Positions 35,569 to 44,295 are shown, counted from the stretch's first letter. The stretch: 64,000 nucleotides of DNA from Phototrophicaceae bacterium (GCA_965223965.1 CBDCXX010000002.1:56132-120131), one strand, 5' to 3'. The notes: generated from the sequence alone by a model not told the origin. Numbers and translations are program-made.

Positions 35569-36531
35569 ATGGAAAGAACAATAGGTCAGCCCCAAGAGAG
35601 TGTGGAAGCTGCCTCGTCATCCCGCGTGGAGTTGCCGCGCATGCGGCGTAGGAGAGGCAATTCCCTTGAAGGCAGAATAGTACGCTGGATATTCTTCGGC
35701 TGCGCTCTGATTTCTATCCTCACTACTCTCGGCATCATCTTCACACTGGTGTCGCAGGCGCTCGGCTTCTTCATGGAGGTCTCGGTATGGGACTTCCTCA
35801 CCGGAACCCGCTGGACGCCGATACTGAAGCCCCGCGCCTATGGTGTGCTGCCGCTGGTCGGGGGCACGCTGCTCATTGCGGCAATTGCGGCGATGGTCGC
35901 GCTTCCCATCGGTTTGGCGGCGGCGATCTTCCTGTCAGAGTACGCGCCGAACAAGGTGCGCCGCATCGTGAAGCCTGTCCTTGAAATCCTGGCGGGCATT
36001 CCCACTGTCGTGTACGGCTACTTCGCGCTCACTTTCGTAACCCCACTGCTGAAGATCTTATTCCCCGAGATGCTGGTGTTCAACGCACTGAGCGCCGGAA
36101 TCGTGATGGGCGTTATGATAATCCCGATGGTGTCGTCGCTGAGCGAGGACGCTATGAGCGCGGTGCCTAACTCACTGCGTAACGGCGCTTATGCGCTCGG
36201 CGCGACTCGCGTTGAAGTGAGCCTGCGCGTGGTGCTGCCTGCCGCGCTGTCCGGTATCGTCGCGTCTTTCATTATTGCCATATCTCGCGCCATTGGCGAA
36301 ACGATGCTCGTCACTATCGCTGCGGGCGCGACGCCGAACCTAACGCTCAATCCACTCGAAAGCATACAGACGATGACCGCATTCATCGTGCAGCTCAGCC
36401 TCGGCGAAACGCCGCGCGGCTCACTTGAGTACAACACCATCTTCGCGGTGGGTCTGCTTCTGTTCTTGATTACGCTGGCGATGAATCTGATGGGCCACTT
36501 CATCGTCAAGCGATGGCGGGAGAAATACTAA
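35569..36531 (+). CDS. pstC: Phosphate ABC transporter permease PstC
   Basis: 320 aa; conserved PstC blocks ([41 protein letters not shown]). The start could instead be ATG 35641. Confidence 0.9.
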   Translation: MERTIGQPQESVEAASSSRVELPRMRRRRGNSLEGRIVRWIFFGCALISILTTLGIIFTLVSQALGFFMEVSVWDFLTGTRWTPILKPRAYGVLPLVGGTLLIAAIAAMVALPIGLAAAIFLSEYAPNKVRRIVKPVLEILAGIPTVVYGYFALTFVTPLLKILFPEMLVFNALSAGIVMGVMIIPMVSSLSEDAMSAVPNSLRNGAYALGATRVEVSLRVVLPAALSGIVASFIIAISRAIGETMLVTIAAGATPNLTLNPLESIQTMTAFIVQLSLGETPRGSLEYNTIFAVGLLLFLITLAMNLMGHFIVKRWREKY

Positions 36532-37418
36532 TGCAGCAACCGGCAGCCTTGTTCAAGCCACGCCTGTCTATGCGCAAGAACATGGGTAATGCAATCTATG
36601 TTCTGTTCCTGCTCGCTACAATGGCGGGCATTGTCGGGTTGTTGGCGCTGCTGACTCAGATAATCGCCGAGGCCGCGCCTTGGCTCAACTGGAACTTCCT
36701 GAATTCGTACCCTTCGCGCCACCCCGAAGAGGCAGGCCTGAAGTCTGCCCTATGGGGCAGCGTGTGGCTGATGGGACTGACGGGTATGTTCGCCATTCCT
36801 ATCGGAGTGGGCGCAGCCATTTACCTTGAGGAGTACGCGGTGCAGAGCCGCCTGACCGGCTTCATCGAAATCAATCTATCCAATCTCGCAGGCGTGCCGT
36901 CAATCGTCTATGGACTGCTGGGACTGACGCTCTTCGTACAGTGGATGTTCCAAGGGGAGCGGGTGCTGCTGGCGGGCGCGATGACGATGGCTCTGCTTGT
37001 GATGCCAATTGTGATATTAGCGTCGCGCGAAGCGATTCGCGCTGTGCCTGACACCTACAGGCAAGCGGGCTACGCGCTCGGCGCGGAGAAGTGGCAGGTA
37101 GTAAAGGGCATCGTGCTGCCCCAGGCGCTTCCGGGCATTCTCACCGGCACGATACTGGCAATGTCCCGCGCTCTCGGCGAAGCGGCGCCGGTCATCGCCA
37201 TCAGCGCGCTGGTCTATCTGACATTCGTTCCTGTGCATCCCATGGAACAATTCACTGTGCTGCCGATACAGATATTCAACTGGACATCGCGACCGCAGGA
37301 CGAGTTCCGCGGCATAGCGGCGGCGGCAATCGTCGTGCTGCTAGTTGTGCTACTCTCTATGAACGCGGTGGCAATAATCGTGAGAGACCGTCATCAGGTG
37401 AGATCGGATGGTTCATAA
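36531..37418 (+). CDS. pstA: Phosphate ABC transporter permease PstA
   Basis: ATG 36531 overlaps the pstC stop (TAATG); the track gives an in-frame start at 36513. Typical PstA blocks (GI..A..GS, IYLEEYA, PSIVYGL, REA...VP...R.A..ALGA..W). Confidence 0.9.
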   Translation: MQQPAALFKPRLSMRKNMGNAIYVLFLLATMAGIVGLLALLTQIIAEAAPWLNWNFLNSYPSRHPEEAGLKSALWGSVWLMGLTGMFAIPIGVGAAIYLEEYAVQSRLTGFIEINLSNLAGVPSIVYGLLGLTLFVQWMFQGERVLLAGAMTMALLVMPIVILASREAIRAVPDTYRQAGYALGAEKWQVVKGIVLPQALPGILTGTILAMSRALGEAAPVIAISALVYLTFVPVHPMEQFTVLPIQIFNWTSRPQDEFRGIAAAAIVVLLVVLLSMNAVAIIVRDRHQVRSDGS

Positions 37419-38214
37419 CATGAACGGCAGCAATGCCGATAACGCCAACGGCAATATAGTCCTGCATTCCGAGGATGTGAGCGTCAACTACGGCGACTTC
37501 CGCGCGCTGCGCGACATCAATATGGACATCAAGCGCCGTGAAGTTACCGCGCTCATCGGTCCGTCCGGGTGCGGCAAAAGCACGATGCTGCGCTGCTTCA
37601 ACCGCATGAACGATCTCGTGCCGGGCGCGGAAATCGGCGGGCGGATACTATTCGAAGGCTACGACCTGTACGGCGCGGATGTTGACCCGACCGAGATACG
37701 CTCGCGCATCGGCATGGTCTTCCAGAGGCCGAACCCCTTCCCAAAGTCGATCTATGACAATGTGGCGTTTGGACTGAGGATCAACGGCTACCAGGGGAAC
37801 TACGACGAGGCAATCGAACAGTCCCTGCGCCAAGCTGCGCTGTGGGACGAGGTCAAAGACCGCCTGAACACGAGCGCCCTAGACCTCTCCGGCGGTCAGC
37901 AGCAGCGCCTCTGCATTGCCCGCGCCATCGCAGTAGAGCCGGAAGTGGTGCTTATGGATGAGCCCGCATCGGCGCTCGACCCCATCGCAACGCTCGCCAT
38001 CGAGGAGCTCATCCGCGAGTTGAAGGTCAACTATACGATCATTATAGTAACGCACAATATGCAGCAGGCGGCGCGGGTATCCGACGATACGGCATTCCTG
38101 ATGGTTGATGAAGATCGCTGCGGATACATGGTAGAGTTCGCCCCCACCCAGCAGATGTTCACCAACCCCACAGACGAGCGAACAGAAGCATATATTACTG
38201 GACGGTTTAGCTAG
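37408..38214 (+). CDS. pstB: Phosphate ABC transporter ATP-binding protein PstB
   Basis: 268 aa. Walker [10 protein letters not shown], signature LSGGQQQRL, Walker B VVLMDEP, plus PstB-typical [15 protein letters not shown]. Confidence 0.95.
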   Translation: MVHNMNGSNADNANGNIVLHSEDVSVNYGDFRALRDINMDIKRREVTALIGPSGCGKSTMLRCFNRMNDLVPGAEIGGRILFEGYDLYGADVDPTEIRSRIGMVFQRPNPFPKSIYDNVAFGLRINGYQGNYDEAIEQSLRQAALWDEVKDRLNTSALDLSGGQQQRLCIARAIAVEPEVVLMDEPASALDPIATLAIEELIRELKVNYTIIIVTHNMQQAARVSDDTAFLMVDEDRCGYMVEFAPTQQMFTNPTDERTEAYITGRFS

Positions 38215-38277
38215 GCGGACGCTTCAGCAAGGTAGCCGCCCAAGAGGATGCGAACCGTCCTCACAAGGATTGACGCG

Positions 38278-38946
38278 ATGCCGAGAGCAGAATTTCACCA
38301 CGACCTTCAGGCGCTTCAAGATGACCTGCTCGTGCTGGGCAGCATGGTGGAAAAGGCGATTCAGCGCTCACTTGTCGCGCTCAGGAATCGCGATCGCATC
38401 ATGGCCGAGGAAGTTGTACGCGACGATGACATCATCGACGACAAGCAGGAAGAGATAGAAGAGCGCTGCATCGACCTGATAGCCACGCAGCAACCTATGG
38501 CGGTTGACCTGCGTGTGCTCGTAACAGTGATTCACCTCGGCATCGAGCTTGAGCGCATGGGCGACTACGCCGAAGGCATCGCCAAGATATCCTTGATGAT
38601 GGGCGACGAGCCTCCGCTCAAGCCACTCATAGACATCCCGCGAATGGCGGATATGGCGTCAGATATGCTGCGGCGCAGCCTTGATGCCTTCGTCGACCGG
38701 GATGTCGACTCCTCGATGATGGTGCGCCAGGACGACGACGTAATAGACGCGCTCTACGAGCAAGTCTATCGCGAACTGCTGACATTCATGCTTGGCGACC
38801 CAACAGTAATTCGCCGCGCGACCTACCTGCTTTGGGCGGCGCACAACATCGAGCGCATCGCAGACCGCACCACGAACATCGCGGAGAGCGTCATCTACAT
38901 GGTGACCGGCGCGCGCACCGACGAGGTTCCCGTTCGGGCCAATTAA
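38278..38946 (+). CDS. phoU: Phosphate signalling regulator PhoU
   Basis: Two PhoU repeats (E..ID, D..VN..YE...). The track ORF starts at 38248, but ATG 38278 (MPRAEFHHDLQAL) fits the family N-terminus better. Confidence 0.9.
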   Translation: MPRAEFHHDLQALQDDLLVLGSMVEKAIQRSLVALRNRDRIMAEEVVRDDDIIDDKQEEIEERCIDLIATQQPMAVDLRVLVTVIHLGIELERMGDYAEGIAKISLMMGDEPPLKPLIDIPRMADMASDMLRRSLDAFVDRDVDSSMMVRQDDDVIDALYEQVYRELLTFMLGDPTVIRRATYLLWAAHNIERIADRTTNIAESVIYMVTGARTDEVPVRAN

Positions 38947-38963
38947 AAGCCGATTTTCACGCA

Positions 38964-39010
38964 AGGGACGGACAGGATATTATTCCCCTATTTTATCCTG
39001 CGCCGTCCCT
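38964..39010. terminator. Long hairpin between convergent phoU and the nucleoside hydrolase gene
   Basis: agggacgg (38964-38971) pairs with ccgtccct (39003-39010). An inner helix caggat/atcctg and an AT-rich loop follow. Confidence 0.5.
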
Positions 39011-39028
39011 GCCTATTGTGCGAGGAGA

Positions 39029-39955
39029 TCAAGCAAGGCGATGCAACTTCTCGAAGAAGTCGCTGAAGATTGCGTCCCTGTTCAGCCAGTCAACGATTCG
39101 CATAGGATGGCGGCCCGCGTCCCGGCTGTATCCCAAGTGGTCGTTCAGCATCGGAGCTCCCTCTATGTGGGTCTTCAGCCAGTCCGAGTTCAGCAGCCAC
39201 GCTCCCGGAGCCAAGTCCCAGATGGGCTTGCTGCGGCCCGCGAAGTCCTGCACAAAGTCCTCGTATAGTTGGAACAGGTAGTCGCCGATCCTGCCGCGCC
39301 CCTTGACCTGCTGCGCCATCTCCCAGCGCGTCGTGCGAAGCAGCTCGGACACGCCGAAGCCGGTTACATGCACCATCGCGACTCCGCTGTCGAAGACCGC
39401 CTGCGCCGCCTTGATGTCCTGGATGAAGTTGAAGTCGTGGAAGCCCGCGACGTGGTACGGCCAGCCGCCCAGCGCGACCACGCAGATGCGCTCGCGGATG
39501 CGCGGCTCCATCAGAACTGCGGATGCCACATTCGTCAGAGAGCCAAGGGCGAGCACATACAGCGTTTCGTCGCGGTCCTGCATCGCCCGGCTGACGATGT
39601 TGTCGGCGGCATCGCTGGGCGCCGGCTCGCCGCCAGTGGCGGTCATCGTCTGCCGCGAGCCGTAAAGCACGGGCCCGTCGTAGCTCACCGGCGAGAGTTC
39701 CAGAACGCGCTGAATCTCCTCGTAGCTCAGCTCCATGCCGTGCTCGAAGCTATTGGTGTTTCGTGCGGCAGCGTGAAAGCCCGCCGCCTGAATTGTCTCG
39801 ATGCGCAGCTCCGGCGACATCAGCGCATGAATGATGGCGAACTGGTCGTCAACCTCGTTCCATGCGTCGGTGTCGATAATGACGCTGCATCCGCCGCTCG
39901 GCGGCTCCAGCAGTCTAACAGTGGTGGCGTGGTCGATAGGTGATAGTGTTGTCAT
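39029..39955 (-). CDS. Nucleoside hydrolase (inosine-uridine preferring family)
   Basis: 308 aa. N-terminal VIIDTDAWNEVDDQFAI aspartate cluster is typical of IUNH-family hydrolases. Confidence 0.8.
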   Translation of the reverse strand: MTTLSPIDHATTVRLLEPPSGGCSVIIDTDAWNEVDDQFAIIHALMSPELRIETIQAAGFHAAARNTNSFEHGMELSYEEIQRVLELSPVSYDGPVLYGSRQTMTATGGEPAPSDAADNIVSRAMQDRDETLYVLALGSLTNVASAVLMEPRIRERICVVALGGWPYHVAGFHDFNFIQDIKAAQAVFDSGVAMVHVTGFGVSELLRTTRWEMAQQVKGRGRIGDYLFQLYEDFVQDFAGRSKPIWDLAPGAWLLNSDWLKTHIEGAPMLNDHLGYSRDAGRHPMRIVDWLNRDAIFSDFFEKLHRLA

Positions 39956-40030
39956 GCGGTCAGTATATCATGGGGGGATCTGGAGACTGGATGGGACGAA
40001 TTTGTTGGGTAGTGCGTCAGTACGAAATTT

Positions 40031-40067
40031 ATTCGCAAAAGAAATAGCCCCCGATAGTCGGGGGCTA
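40031..40067 (-). terminator. Rho-independent-type terminator for the minus-strand TA operon
   Basis: On the minus strand, UAGCCCCC/GACUAUC/GGGGGCUA (40067-40045) is followed by UUUCUUUUG. Confidence 0.5.
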
Positions 40068-40070
40068 TGA

Positions 40071-40225
40071 TTAGGTTCTGTTGACATTTCTGATTTCCAG
40101 CCCGTCATTCCCGCGCAGGCGGGAATCCAGAGAGCTTGGGCCGTGCAGGTGTCGCTGGACGCACCGATTTTCAGTGCTAACCTTCGGCAAACCGCTTCGA
40201 AATTCAGAATGTCCACACACCCTAG
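40071..40225. mobile_element. MITE-like element (about 155 nt) with imperfect terminal inverted repeats and an internal REP hairpin
   Basis: Left end ttaggttctgttgacattt; right end gaatgtccacacaccctag, whose reverse complement is ctagggtgtgtggacattc. Internal attcccgc-gcag-gcgggaat hairpin at 40107-40126. Related ends occur at 61815, 62232 and in the 115-nt tandem array. Confidence 0.6.
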
Positions 40226-40226
40226 T

Positions 40227-40523
40227 TTACGGTTGATAGAGATTTGACTTGAGATATAAGCGGGATACGGATATGACTTGATCATTTTCGATCATGTATG
40301 CCATGCGCCAATATCGATTGTTGGTGAGTATGACTCCCGACCTATTAGGGAAATAATCTGCGCGAAATTTAGTTTGCTCATCTGGTTCAGGGTTGCGCAG
40401 TATTTCAGCAAATAAGTCTATGGCGGCTTCTAATTCATATCTGTTCGCTTTTTCAAGTTCCGTCAGTGCCGATTCTGATAGACGGAGTCTATTCGATGGT
40501 TCGGAACGTCTTGGTATTCTCAT
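40227..40523 (-). CDS. RelE/ParE-superfamily-like toxin (pair 1)
   Basis: 98 aa. C-terminal ...YWRMAYMIENDQVISVSRLYL fits the RelE/ParE last-strands pattern. Paralogous to 43222-43512. Overlaps its upstream partner. Confidence 0.5.
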   Translation of the reverse strand: MRIPRRSEPSNRLRLSESALTELEKANRYELEAAIDLFAEILRNPEPDEQTKFRADYFPNRSGVILTNNRYWRMAYMIENDQVISVSRLYLKSNLYQP

Positions 40524-40710
40524 CTATCTCTATTGTTCGATACTCTCCTCGCTCAATCTCCCTGAAGCCCTCCTCAATGTCCGCAGTGAACCAATCGGAG
40601 CGAAGTTTGGCAAGTTCATCTCTTGTTTGCTCCAGTGATTGCTCTTCCCTCTCTTTAGTGGCCAATTCCCGCCTCCCATGGTGGCTTTGGGTTACCCTGA
40701 ACCACGACAT
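40489..40710 (-). CDS. Putative antitoxin (pair 1)
   Basis: 73 aa. LAKLRSDWFTADIEEGFREIERGEYRTIEID is paralogous to LDQLRPEWLAEDVAEGLKEIERDEVVEIEID of 43059-43235. Overlaps the toxin by 35 nt. Confidence 0.5.
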   Translation of the reverse strand: MSWFRVTQSHHGRRELATKEREEQSLEQTRDELAKLRSDWFTADIEEGFREIERGEYRTIEIDENTKTFRTIE

Positions 40711-40794
40711 CAGATGTTGAATTACTGATGTTGGAACATCGTAGGAAAGTTCTTGCGAATTGTCAATTTTGTAATGGGTCTCTTACTGTTACTG

Positions 40795-41249
40795 TGGTAT
40801 TCTCAACATGCGTTGGTGTTCATACTCGTCATTCCCGCGCAGGCGGGAATCCACGCGGTCGCTGACTATGCTGGTTTCCAATGCCAACACGCATTGAGAT
40901 TACCGCCTACTAGGTTCTGTTGACATTTCTGATTCCCAGCCCGTCATTCCCGCGCAGGCGGGAATCCACGCGGTCGCTGGCTATGCTGGTTTCCAATGCC
41001 AACACACATTGAGATTACCGCCTACTAGGTTCTGTTGACATTTCTGATTCCCAGCCCGTCATTCCCGCGCAGGCGGGAATCCACGCGGTCGCTGACTATG
41101 CTGGTTTCCAATGCCAACACACATTGAGAATACCGCCTACTAGGTTCTGTTGACATTTCTGATTCCCAGCCCGTCATTCCCGCGCAGGCGGGAATCCACG
41201 CGGTCGCTGGCTATGCTGGTTTCCAATGCCAACACACATTGAGAATACC
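40795..41249. repeat. Tandem array of a 115-nt unit (about 3.7 copies) upstream of rtcB
   Basis: Unit starts (taggttctgttgacattt) at 40911, 41026 and 41141. Each unit holds the MITE left end, the REP hairpin gtcattcccgcgcaggcgggaatcca and ...ggtttccaatgccaacacacattgaga(a/t)taccgcct. The array is bounded by inverted copies of ccaacacacattgagaatacc. Confidence 0.9.
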
Positions 41250-41378
41250 ATTACTGTTCTTGTATTGCCTTGGTCGATTAGGCGTGCCCGAAATTTATGC
41301 TACGATGAAGTATTGCTATCGCGAATACGAAGCGCGAATACGAGAACTGTAAGAACTGGAATTGGGAGAGGACGCGCT

Positions 41379-42560
41379 ATGCCACCACATTCACTAAGCC
41401 CCAATGCGCTTTCCTGGGTGCCACAGGAGCAGATCGAGGAAGCGGCGCTGCAACAGATACACAACCTGTCCGAGATGCCGTTCATCTTCAAGCATGTGGC
41501 TGTGATGCCCGATTGCCACTTTGGGTTGGGCGCGACGGTGGGTTCGTGCATCCCCACGCTGAGAGCGATCATCCCGGCTGCTGTGGGCGTGGACATAGGC
41601 TGCGGCATGATTGCAGTGAAGACGAGCATGAGCCGATCCGACCTGCCAGATGACCTATCCGACATTCGCAAGGCGATCGAGAGCCAGATACCGCTCAGCG
41701 CCGGGCGCTACAATGCCAGCGTCAAGAAGACCGCAAAGCCGCGCATCAAGCAGCTGGAAGGCAGAGCGGAAGAACTGGGGCGGCTGGATTTCTACGACAA
41801 GACGGGCCGCAACTGGCGCAAGCAGCTTGGCTCGCTCGGCTCGGGCAACCACTTCATCGAGATTGTGCTCGACGAAGAGGATGGCGTCTGGGCGTTCCTG
41901 CACTCCGGCTCGCGCGGCGTCGGCAACCGCCTGGCAACGCATCACATCAGGGTAGCGAAGGGGCTTATGGAGCGCGATGGCGTCGAGCTGCCGGATGCCG
42001 ACCTCGCCTACCTGCAGGAAGGCGCGCCTGAATTCGACGCCTACATCACAGATCTGGAGTGGGCGCAGGAGTTCGCGCTGCTGAACCGTGAGGAGATGAT
42101 GGAGCGCGTCATCAGGCTGCTGCAGTATCGCTGCGGCGACTTCGAGGTTGTCGAGCGTATCCAGTGCCACCACAACTTCACGCAGCGCGAGAATCACTTC
42201 GGCGAGGACATACTGGTGTCGCGCAAGGGCGCGATCGAGGCGCGCGAGGGGCAGCTCGGGCTGATACCGGGTTCGATGGGCACGCGCAGCTACGTGGTGC
42301 GCGGGAAGGGCAACGCGCAGGCGTTCAACACCGCGCCGCATGGAGCGGGTCGCCGCATGAGCCGCCGCAAGGCGCGCGACTCGTTCACCATGGACGACTT
42401 CGACCGACTGATGACGGGCATCGAGGTCAACCGCTCCGAAGCGTTCCTCGACGAACTGCCGGGCGCGTACAAGGACATCGACCTCGTGATGGAGCAGTCT
42501 AAGGACCTCGTCGAAGTCATCCACGCCTTCCGCCAGATAGTCAATGTGAAGGGCGCGTAG
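41379..42560 (+). CDS. rtcB: RNA 3'-phosphate ligase RtcB
   Basis: ATG 41379 (GGGAGAGG upstream) within track ORF 41226-42560; 393 aa. Motifs PDCHFGLGATVG, GSGNHFIE, HSGSRGVGN, CHHNF, GSMG and APHGAGR. Confidence 0.9.
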   Translation: MPPHSLSPNALSWVPQEQIEEAALQQIHNLSEMPFIFKHVAVMPDCHFGLGATVGSCIPTLRAIIPAAVGVDIGCGMIAVKTSMSRSDLPDDLSDIRKAIESQIPLSAGRYNASVKKTAKPRIKQLEGRAEELGRLDFYDKTGRNWRKQLGSLGSGNHFIEIVLDEEDGVWAFLHSGSRGVGNRLATHHIRVAKGLMERDGVELPDADLAYLQEGAPEFDAYITDLEWAQEFALLNREEMMERVIRLLQYRCGDFEVVERIQCHHNFTQRENHFGEDILVSRKGAIEAREGQLGLIPGSMGTRSYVVRGKGNAQAFNTAPHGAGRRMSRRKARDSFTMDDFDRLMTGIEVNRSEAFLDELPGAYKDIDLVMEQSKDLVEVIHAFRQIVNVKGA

Positions 42561-43058
42561 GCTGCGCAAGTGAGGGTTCAACCGCATAACGGAAGCAGAA
42601 CGTGAGTCAGAGCGACGGGGTTACGTCGCAGAGACCGGAGTCAGCCCCGAGATACCGTGCAAGCCCTTGAAACTACCAGTTTCGAGTGTACTCCCCCGCT
42701 TTGACCCTAGCGGAGGCGATTGGTAAGATGTTGCCAAAGACTTAGTTCTTCGCTTAGTATGTGTAACCGGAGCGAGACAACACACATAACAGATGGCGCG
42801 AACACACAGCAGCGCAAGGAGGTGAAGGATGGCAATTTCAGCAACTAGGTGTAGCAAGAGACCCAGGCTAGGCGCACGACGTTGCGTCTAGCTGGATTCA
42901 TTTGCAAGGGGATGCGGTGAACGGTGCGCGCGAGGCCCAGACCTCGAAAATGAACACACCTCTTGCGTTTCTCAAGTTACCCACCCTGTTTGGAGTAAGC
43001 GGAGGAGCGGACGACAGTACAGACCGCTACGGCCCGTTCATAAAAGCAGGGAGAAGAC

Positions 43059-43235
43059 ATGACAACTAAGGCAAGGAGAAAGCCGAGATTCAAGACGAAG
43101 GAAGAATTAGACCAGTTACGACCCGAATGGCTGGCTGAGGATGTTGCGGAGGGTCTGAAGGAGATCGAGCGAGACGAGGTGGTGGAAATCGAAATCGACG
43201 CGGAACGCGGAGAGTATCGATTTGTTCAGGGTTAG
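43059..43235 (+). CDS. Putative antitoxin (pair 2)
   Basis: 58 aa, below the track cutoff, hand-translated: MTTKARRKPRFKTKEELDQLRPEWLAEDVAEGLKEIERDEVVEIEIDAERGEYRFVQG. Overlaps the toxin start by 14 nt. Paralogue of 40489-40710. Confidence 0.5.
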   Translation: MTTKARRKPRFKTKEELDQLRPEWLAEDVAEGLKEIERDEVVEIEIDAERGEYRFVQG

Positions 43236-43512
43236 TCTGGGAATTAACGCTCGAAGGGCATTAGACAGTGCGACCGAGTCAGAGGTGGAGTCCGCAGTAG
43301 AATTATTTGCTGCTTTGCTAGATGACCCTTTCCCAGACGAAGTTACCAAGTTTTCGGTCAATTATTTTCCGAATCAATCGGGAGTAGTGGAAGTAGGTAA
43401 CGACGTTTGGTATGCGGGTTATGTTGTAGAGGGTCAGGATATACTGATTGCAAGGCTCTACTTATGGTCTAAATTGACGGATGACCCTATGCAGTACGGG
43501 GTTGAATTGTAA
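43222..43512 (+). CDS. RelE/ParE-superfamily-like toxin (pair 2)
   Basis: 96 aa with TTG start. FSVNYFPNQSGVVEVGNDVWYAGYVVEGQDILIARLYL is colinear with FRADYFPNRSGVILTNNRYWRMAYMIENDQVISVSRLYL of 40227-40523. Confidence 0.5.
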   Translation: MFRVSLGINARRALDSATESEVESAVELFAALLDDPFPDEVTKFSVNYFPNQSGVVEVGNDVWYAGYVVEGQDILIARLYLWSKLTDDPMQYGVEL

Positions 43513-43724
43513 GATAAAATAGATGAGGGTGGGTACACCTGCGAGGGATGGGTTGTTAAACCCATCCCTCCTTTATATGTCTTATCATATCGTGTTCAGA
43601 TTTGGAGATCTGGAAGAAAGGGAGCTACTACTTTAATTCAACCCTCGTAATATTTTCTGGTGCATGGCTCTCGTCAGAAAAAGGACAGGAAACTATTGTA
43701 TTGCCTTGCACTCGTACCTTTCCC

Positions 43725-43753
43725 TTGACATAGACGAACATACAATCTATATT
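43725..43753 (+). promoter_or_regulatory. Near-consensus sigma70-type promoter
   Basis: TTGACA (43725-43730), a 17-nt spacer, then TATATT (43748-43753). Confidence 0.55.
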
Positions 43754-43764
43754 GGATCCAGCAA

Positions 43765-43801
43765 GGGACAGACCCGATTGATTTGGGTCTGTCCCTTTTT
43801 T
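43765..43801 (+). terminator. Intrinsic terminator immediately downstream of the promoter
   Basis: gggacagaccc (43765-43775) pairs with gggtctgtccc (43785-43795), followed by T6 (43796-43801). Confidence 0.65.
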
Positions 43802-43844
43802 GTTGGCGATTGTTGAGTCGTATCGGATGCGTGGGAGGTTTGGG

Positions 43845-44273
43845 ATGGCGTTCACGGATGGGCAGAGGTCGCGCTTTCGCATTGCGGACACGGATGGCGT
43901 GATGCGCGACCTGTCGGCGTACATCACGGAAGTGAGCGGGCTGCCGGGCGGGCGAACACTGAACGAAGTAACGGCTCTTGGCAACTTGGGAGCGCGCTTC
44001 AAGCCGGGCGCGGAGGCGGTGCAGTTCACGCTGCGTGGACTGTTCGACGACACGCCGGACGCGGGCGCGGATGCGGTGTTGGGAGCGCTGCGATGCCACG
44101 CCGCTGCTACTGCCTTCGAGTATGCGCCGGCAGGTTTGGCAGGCGACAGCGTGCGTTACACGGGCGATTGCTGGGTGAGGTCCTACGAACTGCTCAGTCG
44201 CAGTGGGGAGATCGTGTCCTGGCGGGCGACGCTGCAAGTTGAGGGTGTTGCCAACAGGACGGACGGGGTGTAG
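43845..44273 (+). CDS. Phage major tail (tube)-like protein
   Basis: ATG 43845 (GGGAGG 6 nt upstream) in track ORF 43800-44273; 142 aa. MAFTDGQRSRFRIADTDGVMRDLSAYITEVSGLPGGRTLNEVTALG... has the style of siphophage/GTA-type tail tube proteins, recognised from memory. Confidence 0.45.
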   Translation: MAFTDGQRSRFRIADTDGVMRDLSAYITEVSGLPGGRTLNEVTALGNLGARFKPGAEAVQFTLRGLFDDTPDAGADAVLGALRCHAAATAFEYAPAGLAGDSVRYTGDCWVRSYELLSRSGEIVSWRATLQVEGVANRTDGV

Positions 44274-44295
44274 AGGATACAAGGGGATGTGAATT

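Noticed and set aside
35315-35620. A 101-aa minus-strand ORF upstream of pstC.
   Set aside because: It overlaps the vapB start and the candidate Pho box/promoter region. It has no RBS, no motifs, and an implausible Cys/Arg-rich sequence.
39968-40285. A 105-aa minus-strand ORF.
   Set aside because: It runs through the MITE and the terminator hairpin. Its IPACAGMTG segment is just the translated REP palindrome. It overlaps the 3' end of the toxin gene.
42561-43058. tmRNA, RNase P RNA, SRP RNA, Y RNA, tRNA or a group II intron downstream of rtcB.
   Set aside because: I could not find the diagnostic conserved motifs: the tRNA T-loop/acceptor, the tmRNA tag reading frame with a tRNA-like end, the RNase P GAGGAAAGUCC, or intron domain V. 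The region is kept only as an unassigned candidate RNA in the findings.
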